Positions 28,865 through 37,729 of a stretch of DNA of 64,000 nt are shown piece by piece. The translations under genes and the position numbers were made by a program. Positions within the stretch are counted from its first letter, which is position 1; each line of letters begins with the position of its first letter. The stretch spans positions 157 to 64,156 of IMG/VR virus record IMGVR_UViG_3300016484_000881; one strand, written 5' to 3'. The notes beneath the pieces were generated by a model. It searched no databases, was not told where the DNA came from, and saw only the letters and a program-made list of their open reading frames with translations. The stretch is from a virus. Taxonomy: Duplodnaviria; Caudoviricetes.

Positions 28865-29079
28865 AATACTATGTTCTGATGGTTTTTGATAAAGATCGTT
28901 GGATTCGTCAAGCTGAAGACCACGATCATCAACTGTTGAAAAACATTCGTCTTCACCTGCGTGATGAAGGTCGAAGAATCAGCGACATGAGAATTGTCAC
29001 GTGTGACTCTTCATCAGAAGAAGACATTGAAGAAGCCACAAAGATGTTTAAGAAAGATTTTTTCAAGTTTGAGAATTGA
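28861..29079 (+). CDS. Hypothetical protein
   Basis: ATGA overlap at 28861. Confidence 0.6.
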   Translation: MKYYVLMVFDKDRWIRQAEDHDHQLLKNIRLHLRDEGRRISDMRIVTCDSSSEEDIEEATKMFKKDFFKFEN

Positions 29080-29107
29080 AGGTGGTGAAGAATAGTAACC
29101 ATCTTCG

Positions 29108-29156
29108 GCGGCCAACTGTTGTTCCTCCCCCTGATGTCAGTTGGCCGCTTCTTTTC
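29108..29156 (+). terminator. Terminator-like hairpin
   Basis: GCGGCCAACTG / CAGTTGGCCGC followed by TTCTTTT. Confidence 0.55.
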
Positions 29157-29179
29157 AACATATGGGGAAGGATAGAAAA

Positions 29180-29398
29180 ATGGAATTTAAGATTGAGAAA
29201 GATAAGAAGATTCCGAGTATCCACGGGAAAGAGAAGTATCCCTTGAAAGATATGGAAATCGGAGATTCCTTTTTCATCCCTGGGAAAACCAGTGGATCAA
29301 TGAGCATGATCTTCAAGCGAATTCCCGACAAGAAGTTTACTTGTCGATCCCTCGTTGAAGATCAAGTTAAGGGAATTCGCGTTTGGCGAATCAAGTGA
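29180..29398 (+). CDS. Small putative DNA-binding protein
   Basis: KYPLKDMEIGDSFFIP...GIRVWRI motif common in phages. Confidence 0.7.
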   Translation: MEFKIEKDKKIPSIHGKEKYPLKDMEIGDSFFIPGKTSGSMSMIFKRIPDKKFTCRSLVEDQVKGIRVWRIK

Positions 29399-29429
29399 AA
29401 TCTAGTAACTCCTGAGAAGAGATAATAAA

Positions 29430-30659
29430 ATGGGCGATGATCCAATAGAAGATGAACTTAAAAAGTTGGTAGATTTGATATTTCTCTCGCCATGGCCTGA
29501 TAAAAGGCCACTTTTTCTAGACTCTGGAAGTGATAGTCTAGTCTTTCCGTCTAGAGTGGGATCTAAGGATATTTCACCTGAAGATAGAGAATATAGCAAA
29601 GCTCGTGATAAGATCAAACACTTGATCAATCCAGTTCTTGATCAATCATTTGACGATATCATTGGAAATGAAGAAGCACTATCACTTCTCAAAGATGCAA
29701 TTCAATCTCCGGTTCTTAAAAAAGAACTCTATGAATCTTATTGCATCAAGCCACCAAAGGGTGCTCTCATTTCTGGGCCTCCCGGATGCGGAAAAACTAT
29801 GTTCGCTAGAGCAGCCGCAAACGAAATGAAGAGACTCTATGGGGATGGTGTTGAATTTCTTTCTTTCGCCGGTTCAGAGATCCAAAGTTCATTCGTCGGT
29901 CAAACTGAGAAACTAATCATAGACATATTCAAGTTTGCTCGAATCTACAAAAAGATAAAAGGTCATCCTCTATTGATCTTCATTGATGAGGCTGATGCTA
30001 TTTTTCCAGACAGAAAAGGAAGAATTCGAAGAGTTGCCCCATGGGAAGAATCACAAGTTGCGACTTTTCTTTCTGAGATGGATGGCATACAAGAAAATGG
30101 AGCTTTTGTCCTATTAGCCACTAACCGCCCAGAAGTGATCGATTCAGCAATCCTTCGAGACGGTCGCTGTGATTTCAAGATCACAATACAGAAACCTTCT
30201 CGCGAAGCTGTTGAAGCAATCATCAGAAAGAATTTCAACAAAAAGGTTCCTTTGTCAAAAGATACCACACTTGGTGATCTTGTTTTTACAGCAGTAGAGT
30301 CGCTGTACGATCCTCATAAGGTCATTGTTTCTATGCATGGTCTTGGCGCTGATATTCAAAAACAAGAAAAAATCCTTGAAAAGCACAATGACTTCTGTCT
30401 CGAGCACATATTGTCTGGCGCGATGGCAGCTTCAATTCCGAGGCGAGCCTCAATGATAGCTTTTTCAAGAGACAAGCAGAGTGGCTGCTTGTCTGGGGTA
30501 ACTACAGCTGATGTGATCAAGGCTGTTTCAATTGTTTTTGAAGAAAACAAGAATCTTGATCATTCATTCTACTTGAAACAATTTTTAGATCAGTTCAAAA
30601 AAGATCTTATGTCTGAAACTGAAAAAGCTGTCAACAAAAGCAACAAGAACCTCAACTAG
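29430..30659 (+). CDS. AAA+ ATPase (Cdc48/FtsH/proteasomal clade)
   Basis: GPPGCGKT, FIDEAD, ATNRPEVIDSAILRDGRCD (SRH). Confidence 0.88.
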   Translation: MGDDPIEDELKKLVDLIFLSPWPDKRPLFLDSGSDSLVFPSRVGSKDISPEDREYSKARDKIKHLINPVLDQSFDDIIGNEEALSLLKDAIQSPVLKKELYESYCIKPPKGALISGPPGCGKTMFARAAANEMKRLYGDGVEFLSFAGSEIQSSFVGQTEKLIIDIFKFARIYKKIKGHPLLIFIDEADAIFPDRKGRIRRVAPWEESQVATFLSEMDGIQENGAFVLLATNRPEVIDSAILRDGRCDFKITIQKPSREAVEAIIRKNFNKKVPLSKDTTLGDLVFTAVESLYDPHKVIVSMHGLGADIQKQEKILEKHNDFCLEHILSGAMAASIPRRASMIAFSRDKQSGCLSGVTTADVIKAVSIVFEENKNLDHSFYLKQFLDQFKKDLMSETEKAVNKSNKNLN

Positions 30660-30837
30660 GGTTTAGCTGCAAATAGCATTTTTAAATGACCGTTTGCGGA
30701 CCATCAGAGTGGGGTTTGGCGCTGTTTTGGCGCTGGCTGGTATAGTGGGGGCCATGGCCCAAAAAGGCCACAGGCGCGCAAATTTGGGGTCTGGTTTTGG
30801 TGGTTTATAAGAAATCGGTCTCTTAGACAAAAAAGAC

Positions 30838-30866
30838 TTGCGTTCGTTTATCTCGGCGCCTAATTT
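30838..30866 (+). promoter_or_regulatory. sigma70-type early promoter
   Basis: TTGCGT-N17-TAATTT. Confidence 0.6.
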
Positions 30867-30900
30867 GTAAACACTAACTATTGAACCGCTGGAGATAACC

Positions 30901-31299
30901 ATGATCTATGACAAAGAATACGTTGCCAAGTGGCGCGAGAAAGCAATCACGAGGGTAGAAGATTTATCTGTTGGGATGAAAGTCTACTCAAACGGCTTCC
31001 CAAAAAAGTTCATAGTTAAAGAACTTATTACCGATGCTGAATCATACAGGAGAGACAATTTGTCCGCTAATGGTCGGGATGACACAGTTCCTTCTTGGGT
31101 TGTTTGTGAATGGGAGAGTGCTGAGTTCCGCTTGTGCCGTTCTACTATTGCCTTAGCAGATCACAATGTTGGAGATTCTTACAATCCGTGGTTGCTATTT
31201 CGCACAGAAGATGAGTGTGAGGAGTACAAAGCGGGTTTGAAGATTTCTCTGGAAAGCTATTACTTTACTGATGAACTCCAGAGATCTCTATGTGATTAG
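30901..31299 (+). CDS. Hypothetical protein
   Basis: RBS GGAG. Confidence 0.65.
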   Translation: MIYDKEYVAKWREKAITRVEDLSVGMKVYSNGFPKKFIVKELITDAESYRRDNLSANGRDDTVPSWVVCEWESAEFRLCRSTIALADHNVGDSYNPWLLFRTEDECEEYKAGLKISLESYYFTDELQRSLCD

Positions 31300-31305
31300 C
31301 TCGCC

Positions 31306-31578
31306 ATGACCAAGAAATGTTCAGCCAATAAGAAAGCTTTGACACCTGAACAGGTAATTGAAGCTCGCAACCATATGCAATCTGCCGCAAATTCGGCAAC
31401 AGCGTCTTTCTGGCGCTCCGATGAGCGAGGTATCGCAAATCCATTCCATGCCAAGATAATGCTGAGCAAACTAAATTCAGCTTGCAAGACACTTGGCTAT
31501 ACAATGACTCCATCACCCACAAAGAAGCCCACAAGTCGTGACTTAGACGACGAATTTTATGAAGAGGTTCCGTTCTAA
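31306..31578 (+). CDS. Hypothetical protein, paralogue of 33246-33464
   Basis: Shared EQ.I.A, SFWR and LGYTMTP.PT blocks. Confidence 0.7.
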   Translation: MTKKCSANKKALTPEQVIEARNHMQSAANSATASFWRSDERGIANPFHAKIMLSKLNSACKTLGYTMTPSPTKKPTSRDLDDEFYEEVPF

Positions 31579-31580
31579 TC

Positions 31581-32018
31581 ATGAGACAAGAAGAACTTGA
31601 CGCCATCAAGGCGCGCAATGCAGCCCGGACGCAGGGCGTGTGGATATATCGTCCAGACGAATACGATGATTGGGGGTCAGTCAGGCTTGATATAGCAAAC
31701 GCAGATGGGTTCCGGCGCGTTGTTTGCCGCGCCAGCTACGATGCGGAAAAAACAAGCGCCGAACTCGATGAATACCGTCGCCGCAAAGATGATCCCAGCA
31801 AAGGCAATGGCCAGTTCATCGCCCACGCCAGCACTGACATTCCGGCCCTTATCGCTGCCCTTGAAGCATCACAAGAACGAGTGAAGGCACTGGAAGAAGC
31901 GTTGAAGCCCTTCGCTGATGGATACGCCATGGCGTGTCGTGAAGGCGTTTCAATTCGGGATGTGATTGGTTTGTCTGACCTTCGCCGCGCCAAAACAGCA
32001 CTGGACGCCACCCCATGA
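31581..32018 (+). CDS. Ead/Ea22-like hypothetical protein
   Basis: ELDAIKAR...FIAHASTDIPALIAALE pattern. Confidence 0.55.
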   Translation: MRQEELDAIKARNAARTQGVWIYRPDEYDDWGSVRLDIANADGFRRVVCRASYDAEKTSAELDEYRRRKDDPSKGNGQFIAHASTDIPALIAALEASQERVKALEEALKPFADGYAMACREGVSIRDVIGLSDLRRAKTALDATP

Positions 32019-32386
32019 CCACACACCACACACCGACGCCTTGGCGCACAGTTGTACTGAAAGACAAGCGCCATCGCATGACTGTCATTATGGCGGGGGG
32101 CAGCTTTGACAAAGCGGTGCAGGTCGGGTGCTGTTACGCAAACCACGTTTCGCACGAAGAAGCAGCCGCCAACGCTGCCTTTATCGTCCGTGCCGTCAAC
32201 TCTCATGACGCGCTGGTTGAGGCCTTGGGGCCAACTCTCAACGCCAAGTCGCTTAAGCTGGTCACTGAGCACGTGGAAGTGTTTAGGGCGATGGGGGATA
32301 TTGGCTTGGCCATTGCACTTGAAATGCTGCTCAAAAACCACGCCAAGCGCGTTGCCGCTCTCGCTCTTGCCAAGGGAGAGAAGTGA
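32015..32386 (+). CDS. Hypothetical protein
   Basis: HTPTPW...ANAAFIVRAVNSHDALVEAL, common phage motif. Confidence 0.7.
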   Translation: MTTHHTPTPWRTVVLKDKRHRMTVIMAGGSFDKAVQVGCCYANHVSHEEAAANAAFIVRAVNSHDALVEALGPTLNAKSLKLVTEHVEVFRAMGDIGLAIALEMLLKNHAKRVAALALAKGEK

Positions 32387-32634
32387 TGGCCGCTATCACA
32401 TATCACGACGCCACGCGCGTTTTCCGGGTGATGGGCCATGTTGTTGGCTGGACATGCGAGCCGGACGGCGGGTGGGCGTTTCAACTGTTCGGGCTTGGCG
32501 TTTGGCGGATGAGCCGTGACGAACCTGTCGGCTGGACGATTGGTCCGTTTGTGACCCGAAACAATGGTCTCACCGCCACGTGTTCAATCTCATTCATCCC
32601 CGCTTGGCACAATCTTTTGAAAGCAAAACTATGA
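32383..32634 (+). CDS. Hypothetical protein
   Basis: Overlap-coupled ORF. Confidence 0.55.
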   Translation: MMAAITYHDATRVFRVMGHVVGWTCEPDGGWAFQLFGLGVWRMSRDEPVGWTIGPFVTRNNGLTATCSISFIPAWHNLLKAKL

Positions 32635-32837
32635 CGAATATCCCGATATGGAAAATTGCAGGCCTCAACATTCGCACCCGCGAGCGGCGCGGATACGTCA
32701 AGGAAGTTCAGGGCTACACATCGTGGACTGAATACCAAGTGATCAAGGGGCGCACCATATTGCAGCGCTTTGACACCATGGAAGCGGCTGAACGGTTTGC
32801 GACCGAGCGCGTCGGCGGCGTGTGGAGGAAACCATGA
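32631..32837 (+). CDS. Hypothetical protein
   Basis: ATGA overlap at 32631. Confidence 0.55.
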   Translation: MTNIPIWKIAGLNIRTRERRGYVKEVQGYTSWTEYQVIKGRTILQRFDTMEAAERFATERVGGVWRKP

Positions 32838-33013
32838 CACCCACCGACAAACTCGAACTGGCAACCGTTCTGGAAAACATCCGCACGTCATTCCTGCGCA
32901 TGACAGACCATGAACAGCGCATTGAACAGATCGCCCGCTCTCTCACAACCCCTCCTGTCATTGAAGGTGGACCATGGGACGGCAGGGCAGAACTCAGGGA
33001 GATAGCGAAATGA
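32834..33013 (+). CDS. Hypothetical protein
   Basis: RBS GGAGG, ATGA overlap. Confidence 0.6.
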   Translation: MTPTDKLELATVLENIRTSFLRMTDHEQRIEQIARSLTTPPVIEGGPWDGRAELREIAK

Positions 33014-33249
33014 GCGACAAGATTAAAGTCAACATTTATTCGGCGGGGCCACTTTTTATCTCTGCATCCCCAGATGAGTTTGGCCGAGTTTTTTCTGCGA
33101 TGTCGTCTGTCGATCAGGTGAACGTTCTCCGATCAATGATCAAACACATGGAACCTCACAAAACGCAGTGGGACTATATTTCAATTGAACTGGACCGCCC
33201 TGAAAACGCTGATGTGTTGCACGCTTTTCGGCAAATGGTGCAATCATGA
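33010..33249 (+). CDS. Hypothetical protein
   Basis: ATGA overlap. Confidence 0.6.
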   Translation: MSDKIKVNIYSAGPLFISASPDEFGRVFSAMSSVDQVNVLRSMIKHMEPHKTQWDYISIELDRPENADVLHAFRQMVQS

Positions 33250-33464
33250 TCACGCGGGAACAAGCGATCAAAGCTCAGCTTGAATTGGACGAAGCCAGCA
33301 AAGCAGCACTGCTTTCTTTTTGGCGCACAGAAACGACCGGGAACGAAATGCACGACCCCGCCAACAGATATCACTCAACAAAGCTCTTTGAGAGCCTCTC
33401 CAAGGCTCTCGCCGTCCTTGGCTACACAATGACGCCAGCGCCTACACAAGAGGCGCAGCCATGA
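33246..33464 (+). CDS. Hypothetical protein, paralogue of 31306-31578
   Basis: Shared SFWR and LGYTMTP.PT blocks. Confidence 0.65.
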   Translation: MITREQAIKAQLELDEASKAALLSFWRTETTGNEMHDPANRYHSTKLFESLSKALAVLGYTMTPAPTQEAQP

Positions 33465-33522
33465 GCGCCCGCATGTCAATCCCTGACTGGTGTGACGAAA
33501 TCCCTTTTGACAACGGAGCAAG

Positions 33523-33837
33523 GTGATGAATGAAGTAACGCAGATTGATACCGGGGCAACACTGGTAACACCCGTCGCAAATACTCCCATGGCCATCATT
33601 GAACGGGCCATCGCGTCCGGCGCATCACCAGAAACGCTTTCCAAGCTCATGGACCTGCAAGAGCGCGACAGGGCAAGGGCGGATGCACTGGAAGAAGCGG
33701 CCCTTGTGATTGAGAACGGGCAAGAATGCTACCATTCCGAAGATCAGTCCTACCATATTGAACCGCGAGGTTCCGGAAACCAGATCGGATTGGCGTACGT
33801 CACAGCCATCCGTGCATTGAAGGACGCCAAGCCATGA
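33523..33837 (+). CDS. Hypothetical protein
   Basis: MAIIERAIASGAS...LSKLMDLQER N-terminus resembles ERF-family leader helices. Confidence 0.55.
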   Translation: MMNEVTQIDTGATLVTPVANTPMAIIERAIASGASPETLSKLMDLQERDRARADALEEAALVIENGQECYHSEDQSYHIEPRGSGNQIGLAYVTAIRALKDAKP

Positions 33838-34187
33838 AACAATTATCCTGCATCGAGATTACCTTTCCTGAGCCTGTTGAATTTACACAGCAAGACCAAA
33901 GCGACTTGTTGGCGTTGGTGACGCGCATCACAGATCGCTATTGCGCCACCCATCCGGGGCGCACGATGTGGGCTTTCGGTGTCGGCCAAAAGATGCTCAG
34001 CAACCCATTCCTGACGGGTGATGATCAGCCCTTGGAATTTGACGCCAGAGTTTTTTCAATCGAGTGCAGCGAACGCGCCGACTACCAATGGCCATGCACC
34101 AAATGCGGGAAACCGCAGGGCGATCACAAGGGGCACATCGTCAGTCCGCCAGCAGGTGATTGCGATTTCACGGTGGAAAACGCATGA
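33834..34187 (+). CDS. Hypothetical protein with CxxC motif
   Basis: ATGA overlap; CTKCG. Confidence 0.6.
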   Translation: MKQLSCIEITFPEPVEFTQQDQSDLLALVTRITDRYCATHPGRTMWAFGVGQKMLSNPFLTGDDQPLEFDARVFSIECSERADYQWPCTKCGKPQGDHKGHIVSPPAGDCDFTVENA

Positions 34188-34513
34188 CCGTCACACCAGA
34201 ACAGCGAGACGCCGCGTTTCAGGCGATGTTACAAGAGTGGAACAATCACGTTCGCCGCCTTAACTTTCATTGGTGCCCATCCAATGAAAAGGCTTTCATT
34301 CTTCAAAACGCCCTCGACGCCCTCATTGCCCTTGGCTGGCAGTTAGTGCCAGAGGGAAGCGTGGTGGTGCCGAAGGAGCCGACAGCCCAAGAGTTTGACA
34401 CCATCCGTGAGATCATCAAGTCCACAAAGTGGCTCGGAATGCCGGGTGGACGGACTATGACAGAAGCAACACGCGACGTTTACCGCGCCATGATCGGCGC
34501 AAAGGGAGAGTGA
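34184..34513 (+). CDS. Hypothetical protein
   Basis: GWQLVP...VPKEPT...YRAMIGA motif frequent in phage ORFs. Confidence 0.6.
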   Translation: MTVTPEQRDAAFQAMLQEWNNHVRRLNFHWCPSNEKAFILQNALDALIALGWQLVPEGSVVVPKEPTAQEFDTIREIIKSTKWLGMPGGRTMTEATRDVYRAMIGAKGE

Positions 34514-34689
34514 CCATGCTGGACAAAATGAACGAAGCTATCGAACACGACACAAAGGATGACGCGACACCAGACTGGGCGATATGGAAGGGCGAAGGCC
34601 CGGCTCCCGCGTATTGGTACGCCGTCAATCCAGACACCAAGGAGCACACGAAAGTCTATCGCAGTTACGAGGACTACGTGGACGACTGA
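34510..34689 (+). CDS. Hypothetical protein
   Basis: GTGA overlap, RBS GGGAG. Confidence 0.55.
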   Translation: MTMLDKMNEAIEHDTKDDATPDWAIWKGEGPAPAYWYAVNPDTKEHTKVYRSYEDYVDD

Positions 34690-34890
34690 GACACACGATT
34701 CACCTCTCTCCGCTCATGTGGTATAGAGGGGATGGAAGGGCGGCGTGGAAGGACACGCATCGTAAGAGGAAGATGGAGCGCAACAACTTACGAATTAGCA
34801 ATCCAGCAGCGCGCGAAACAGAGAGCCATAGCCGATTATCACATATCGGCCCTTTCCAATTATTTTAATCTCTAGATGAAACAAAAGAGC

Positions 34891-34919
34891 TTGTGTTCTG
34901 TTTCTACATAACCTAACCT
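34891..34919 (+). promoter_or_regulatory. sigma70-type early promoter
   Basis: TTGTGT-N17-TAACCT followed by RBS TAAGGAGG. Confidence 0.6.
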
Positions 34920-35032
34920 AAATGCATTGGCTAAGGAGGAACACATGACCAAGGTTACTATTGGAATTTTCTTGATCTCAGGCTGGCTGTATTTTGGCTA
35001 TGCCTTTGATCTCTTGGAGAGGGCTCACTGAC

Positions 35033-35371
35033 ATGACAGAGAGCATCAAAGTCAAGAATCGCATCTTATGCGAGAATCTTGGTAGAGTCCTTCGCGTGGT
35101 TCACTACGAAGAAGATATTTTCGCTCCAGGATGCTTCCTAGTGCAGAATATTCGCGAAATGAATTGGACAAGTAGCGATCGCGTACTTGCCAATTGTATG
35201 GTTGACTCTTGCCCAATCGATCCAGCTGTTGATGATGTAGAATTCTTATTCGCACAGGATCAAAGCTGTGACTTTGGGAAAGCGACTTCCTACTATGGTA
35301 GGATGAGAAAAGCAATCGCTGCGACTCGCCAGCACAAAACATATCAATACCTTAAAGGAGAAGGAAAATGA
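35033..35371 (+). CDS. Hypothetical protein
   Basis: Follows a 28-aa leader ORF; start ATG 35033. Confidence 0.6.
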   Translation: MTESIKVKNRILCENLGRVLRVVHYEEDIFAPGCFLVQNIREMNWTSSDRVLANCMVDSCPIDPAVDDVEFLFAQDQSCDFGKATSYYGRMRKAIAATRQHKTYQYLKGEGK

Positions 35372-35562
35372 CCAGCGTTGATCCAAATCGCTTCCAGCGC
35401 ATCGTGATTGCTGGAGCTCTCGAACTGTATGCCAAGACTGGCATGAAGGTCAATCGTGCATACACACCGAAAAACATGATTGCGACTGCAGAGCGTCTCC
35501 TTGGGAGGAAGTTGCCAAAGAGAGATTATCTAGGCGCGGCCAAACTGCTGAGGGAAAGCTGA
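35368..35562 (+). CDS. Hypothetical protein
   Basis: RBS AGGAGAAGG, ATGA overlap. Confidence 0.7.
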   Translation: MTSVDPNRFQRIVIAGALELYAKTGMKVNRAYTPKNMIATAERLLGRKLPKRDYLGAAKLLRES

Positions 35563-35639
35563 GCACTTCAGGGGGTCTATCGTCATATCTGTGTGGACCA
35601 CCGTGAGGAAATTGAAAAACACATCTGGGGAGATGAGAC

Positions 35640-36041
35640 ATGCAAGTCTTTAGGATAGAAAAACCCACTGGAGAGGGACCATGGAGATCAGATGCTGCGA
35701 GTATCTGTTATAAAGAATGTCCAAGGACGAAGAAATGTCCTCAACACATGCCGATACCTAGGTGGATTCATATTTCAGTCCATCCATCATTGAAACTCAC
35801 TGGTGATAATAATAACGCAATTTTCGGTTTTAAGAGTGAAGAAGATCTTCATAGGTGGTTCTCTTCATACCATCTTGAACTTCTACAAGTAGCTGGACTG
35901 AGAATTCGTATCTACTCGTGTCCTAAGGAGTTTGTCGATTGTGAGCATTCAGGAGGGCAGTGCGTCTTTAGTAGAAGTGACTCTACTATTCTACATGATC
36001 TTGATCCTATTGATCTTGTGAGAGAAGAAGTTTTTGCGTAG
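35640..36041 (+). CDS. Hypothetical protein
   Basis: RBS GGGGAG; FGFKSEEDLHRWF motif. Confidence 0.65.
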   Translation: MQVFRIEKPTGEGPWRSDAASICYKECPRTKKCPQHMPIPRWIHISVHPSLKLTGDNNNAIFGFKSEEDLHRWFSSYHLELLQVAGLRIRIYSCPKEFVDCEHSGGQCVFSRSDSTILHDLDPIDLVREEVFA

Positions 36042-36063
36042 CTCTTAGGCTGACAAAAAAGGT

Positions 36064-36092
36064 TTGCCATCTTTTGTCTGGGGGTGCAATGT
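36064..36092 (+). promoter_or_regulatory. sigma70-type early promoter
   Basis: TTGCCA-N17-CAATGT followed by RBS AAGGAGG. Confidence 0.55.
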
Positions 36093-36117
36093 AAGCTTGT
36101 GGCTAAAGGAGGAAATT

Positions 36118-36348
36118 ATGCCCCGATATAAAGCAACTATTCGCGATGTTGAAGACACAGTTCTTCAGGAAGAGACTTTCAACACTCTTTCTGAAGCAAC
36201 GTCCTTTATCAATTCTCTTTTCGAAGAACAGGACTTGGATGATATTGAAAATTACGAATTCATCCCTGAGGAGAATCTTTACCATCAGGAGGCATATCGT
36301 TCTGATGACGATGAAGAAATGCTTCAAGCTACCATTGAAATTTGCTGA
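36118..36348 (+). CDS. Acidic hypothetical protein
   Basis: RBS AAGGAGG before ATG 36118. Confidence 0.7.
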   Translation: MPRYKATIRDVEDTVLQEETFNTLSEATSFINSLFEEQDLDDIENYEFIPEENLYHQEAYRSDDDEEMLQATIEIC

Positions 36349-36361
36349 GGAGAAAAGAAAA

Positions 36362-36616
36362 ATGGGAAGGCTCGATATGAAAGAAACGAATTTCGAAGTT
36401 GTGTTCGTTTCTTTTTCTTCAAAAATTCCTCGTATGATGGCTATTCCATCTGATATCCCAACGAATCCAGCTGCAAGGCATGCTTGGATACAGGGAACTC
36501 TTTCATCACTTTCTCAACTGTACGAAAATGCCTATCTGATGGAAGACGGTGTACCAATTGTCAAGTACTCAGTAGAATCCAGAAATCCGAAAATCGTATT
36601 TCAGGATCTGCCGTGA
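36362..36616 (+). CDS. Hypothetical protein
   Basis: RBS GAGGAG before ATG 36362. Confidence 0.55.
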   Translation: MGRLDMKETNFEVVFVSFSSKIPRMMAIPSDIPTNPAARHAWIQGTLSSLSQLYENAYLMEDGVPIVKYSVESRNPKIVFQDLP

Positions 36617-36777
36617 AATATCAGCTCGTCATTGTATGGCTTTTTTCAATTATTCCGAATCATACGAGGATAGAGCCAATTTTTGTTTCTCAGCCGATAC
36701 CTCTTGAGTATTGTGAGCGTCTGCAGATCATGGTCAGGACTCGGCCGAGTAAGAAGATCATGGCGTACTGTCTTTGA
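36613..36777 (+). CDS. Small hypothetical protein
   Basis: GTGA overlap. Confidence 0.4.
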   Translation: MKYQLVIVWLFSIIPNHTRIEPIFVSQPIPLEYCERLQIMVRTRPSKKIMAYCL

Positions 36778-36794
36778 GGCTAGATAAAAAGTGA

Positions 36795-36823
36795 TTGCAC
36801 TCTAGCTTCTCCGATGGTAGGTT
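36795..36823 (+). promoter_or_regulatory. sigma70-type early promoter
   Basis: TTGCAC-N17-TAGGTT followed by RBS TAAGGAGG. Confidence 0.65.
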
Positions 36824-36849
36824 AATTTTGTTGTTAAGGAGGAACTACA

Positions 36850-37005
36850 GTGGAAGAACTTGAATTCACACGATCAATGCTCTTGTCATTCATCGCAATT
36901 ATTTTTGGATCTGGCTTGGCGATTTGTTTGATTTCGCTCATTTCCAATTCCTATCACAAGATGTTCAAAGACCAACGCAAAACGAATCATGAGGCAGAGG
37001 ATTAA
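36850..37005 (+). CDS. Small single-pass membrane protein (51 aa)
   Basis: RBS AAGGAGG, GTG start, one hydrophobic helix; translated by hand. Confidence 0.55.
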   Translation: MEELEFTRSMLLSFIAIIFGSGLAICLISLISNSYHKMFKDQRKTNHEAED

Positions 37006-37035
37006 TTCTCTAATTAGAACTTAGAAAAGTAATGC

Positions 37036-37064
37036 TTGCATTCGTTTGTCTGCGCTTGTAGCTT
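37036..37064 (+). promoter_or_regulatory. sigma70-type early promoter
   Basis: TTGCAT-N17-TAGCTT followed by RBS AGGAGG. Confidence 0.65.
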
Positions 37065-37089
37065 GGGTTTGTAACTACAGGAGGAACGC

Positions 37090-37476
37090 ATGAGTTACAT
37101 AGAGCTCCCAAGTAAGAACTTCCGTGAAATCACCAAGAGACTGGGTTACAAACGGAGATCTCTCTGGGTTCAGCCAGCAGAGTTCGTTACTCTTTCAGAA
37201 CTGAACTGGAGCGGAGGGACGAAGAGCATCTATACTGCGGTGAGGCTCGCAGATTTTAAAACTGTCGGCATGGAATACCTCGGTAATCCAGCCCCTTGGG
37301 ACAACAAAGACGAAGGTCGCAGGGTGCCAATGAAGCCTGGATTTCTTCTCGTCAAGACAGGATTCTTCTGTGGAAAAGAATCTTTGATGACAATCTATGT
37401 TCACCCAGAAAACATGTCAAACATGGTAGAAAACGGATATCAGACAAAGAAGATGCAGCATGATAAAGAGCTATGA
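37090..37476 (+). CDS. Hypothetical protein
   Basis: RBS AGGAGG. Confidence 0.7.
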   Translation: MSYIELPSKNFREITKRLGYKRRSLWVQPAEFVTLSELNWSGGTKSIYTAVRLADFKTVGMEYLGNPAPWDNKDEGRRVPMKPGFLLVKTGFFCGKESLMTIYVHPENMSNMVENGYQTKKMQHDKEL

Positions 37477-37729
37477 TCAGCTGACGATGAAAGAAAAGTG
37501 CCAGATCTTCCTTAGAGCTGATGATGAGGATACCAGACATTCCTATTGGGAAGATATCGTCGAAGAAGCTGGACCCATCATTCTTGACTCGTGGCTCAAA
37601 TCAAAGTTCAATGAGAATAAAGTAACGAAAGCAGAGTCCGAATGGGGTGGAATCATGGAAGAGTGGTGCATCTTCGCTTCTGACAGTGAGAAATCTGAAC
37701 TTCTTGGGATGCTCAAGCTAGATGACTAG
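37460..37729 (+). CDS. Acidic hypothetical protein
   Basis: Overlapping ORF in + run. Confidence 0.6.
   Translation: MIKSYDQLTMKEKCQIFLRADDEDTRHSYWEDIVEEAGPIILDSWLKSKFNENKVTKAESEWGGIMEEWCIFASDSEKSELLGMLKLDD

Larger units (their letters stand above)
31581..34870 (+). other. GC-rich block of small overlapping ORFs, probably horizontally acquired
   Basis: Sampled lines 55-67% GC versus about 40% in a sampled backbone line; TC/GA about 10-13% in sampled lines; chains of ATGA/GTGA overlaps. Confidence 0.75.
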
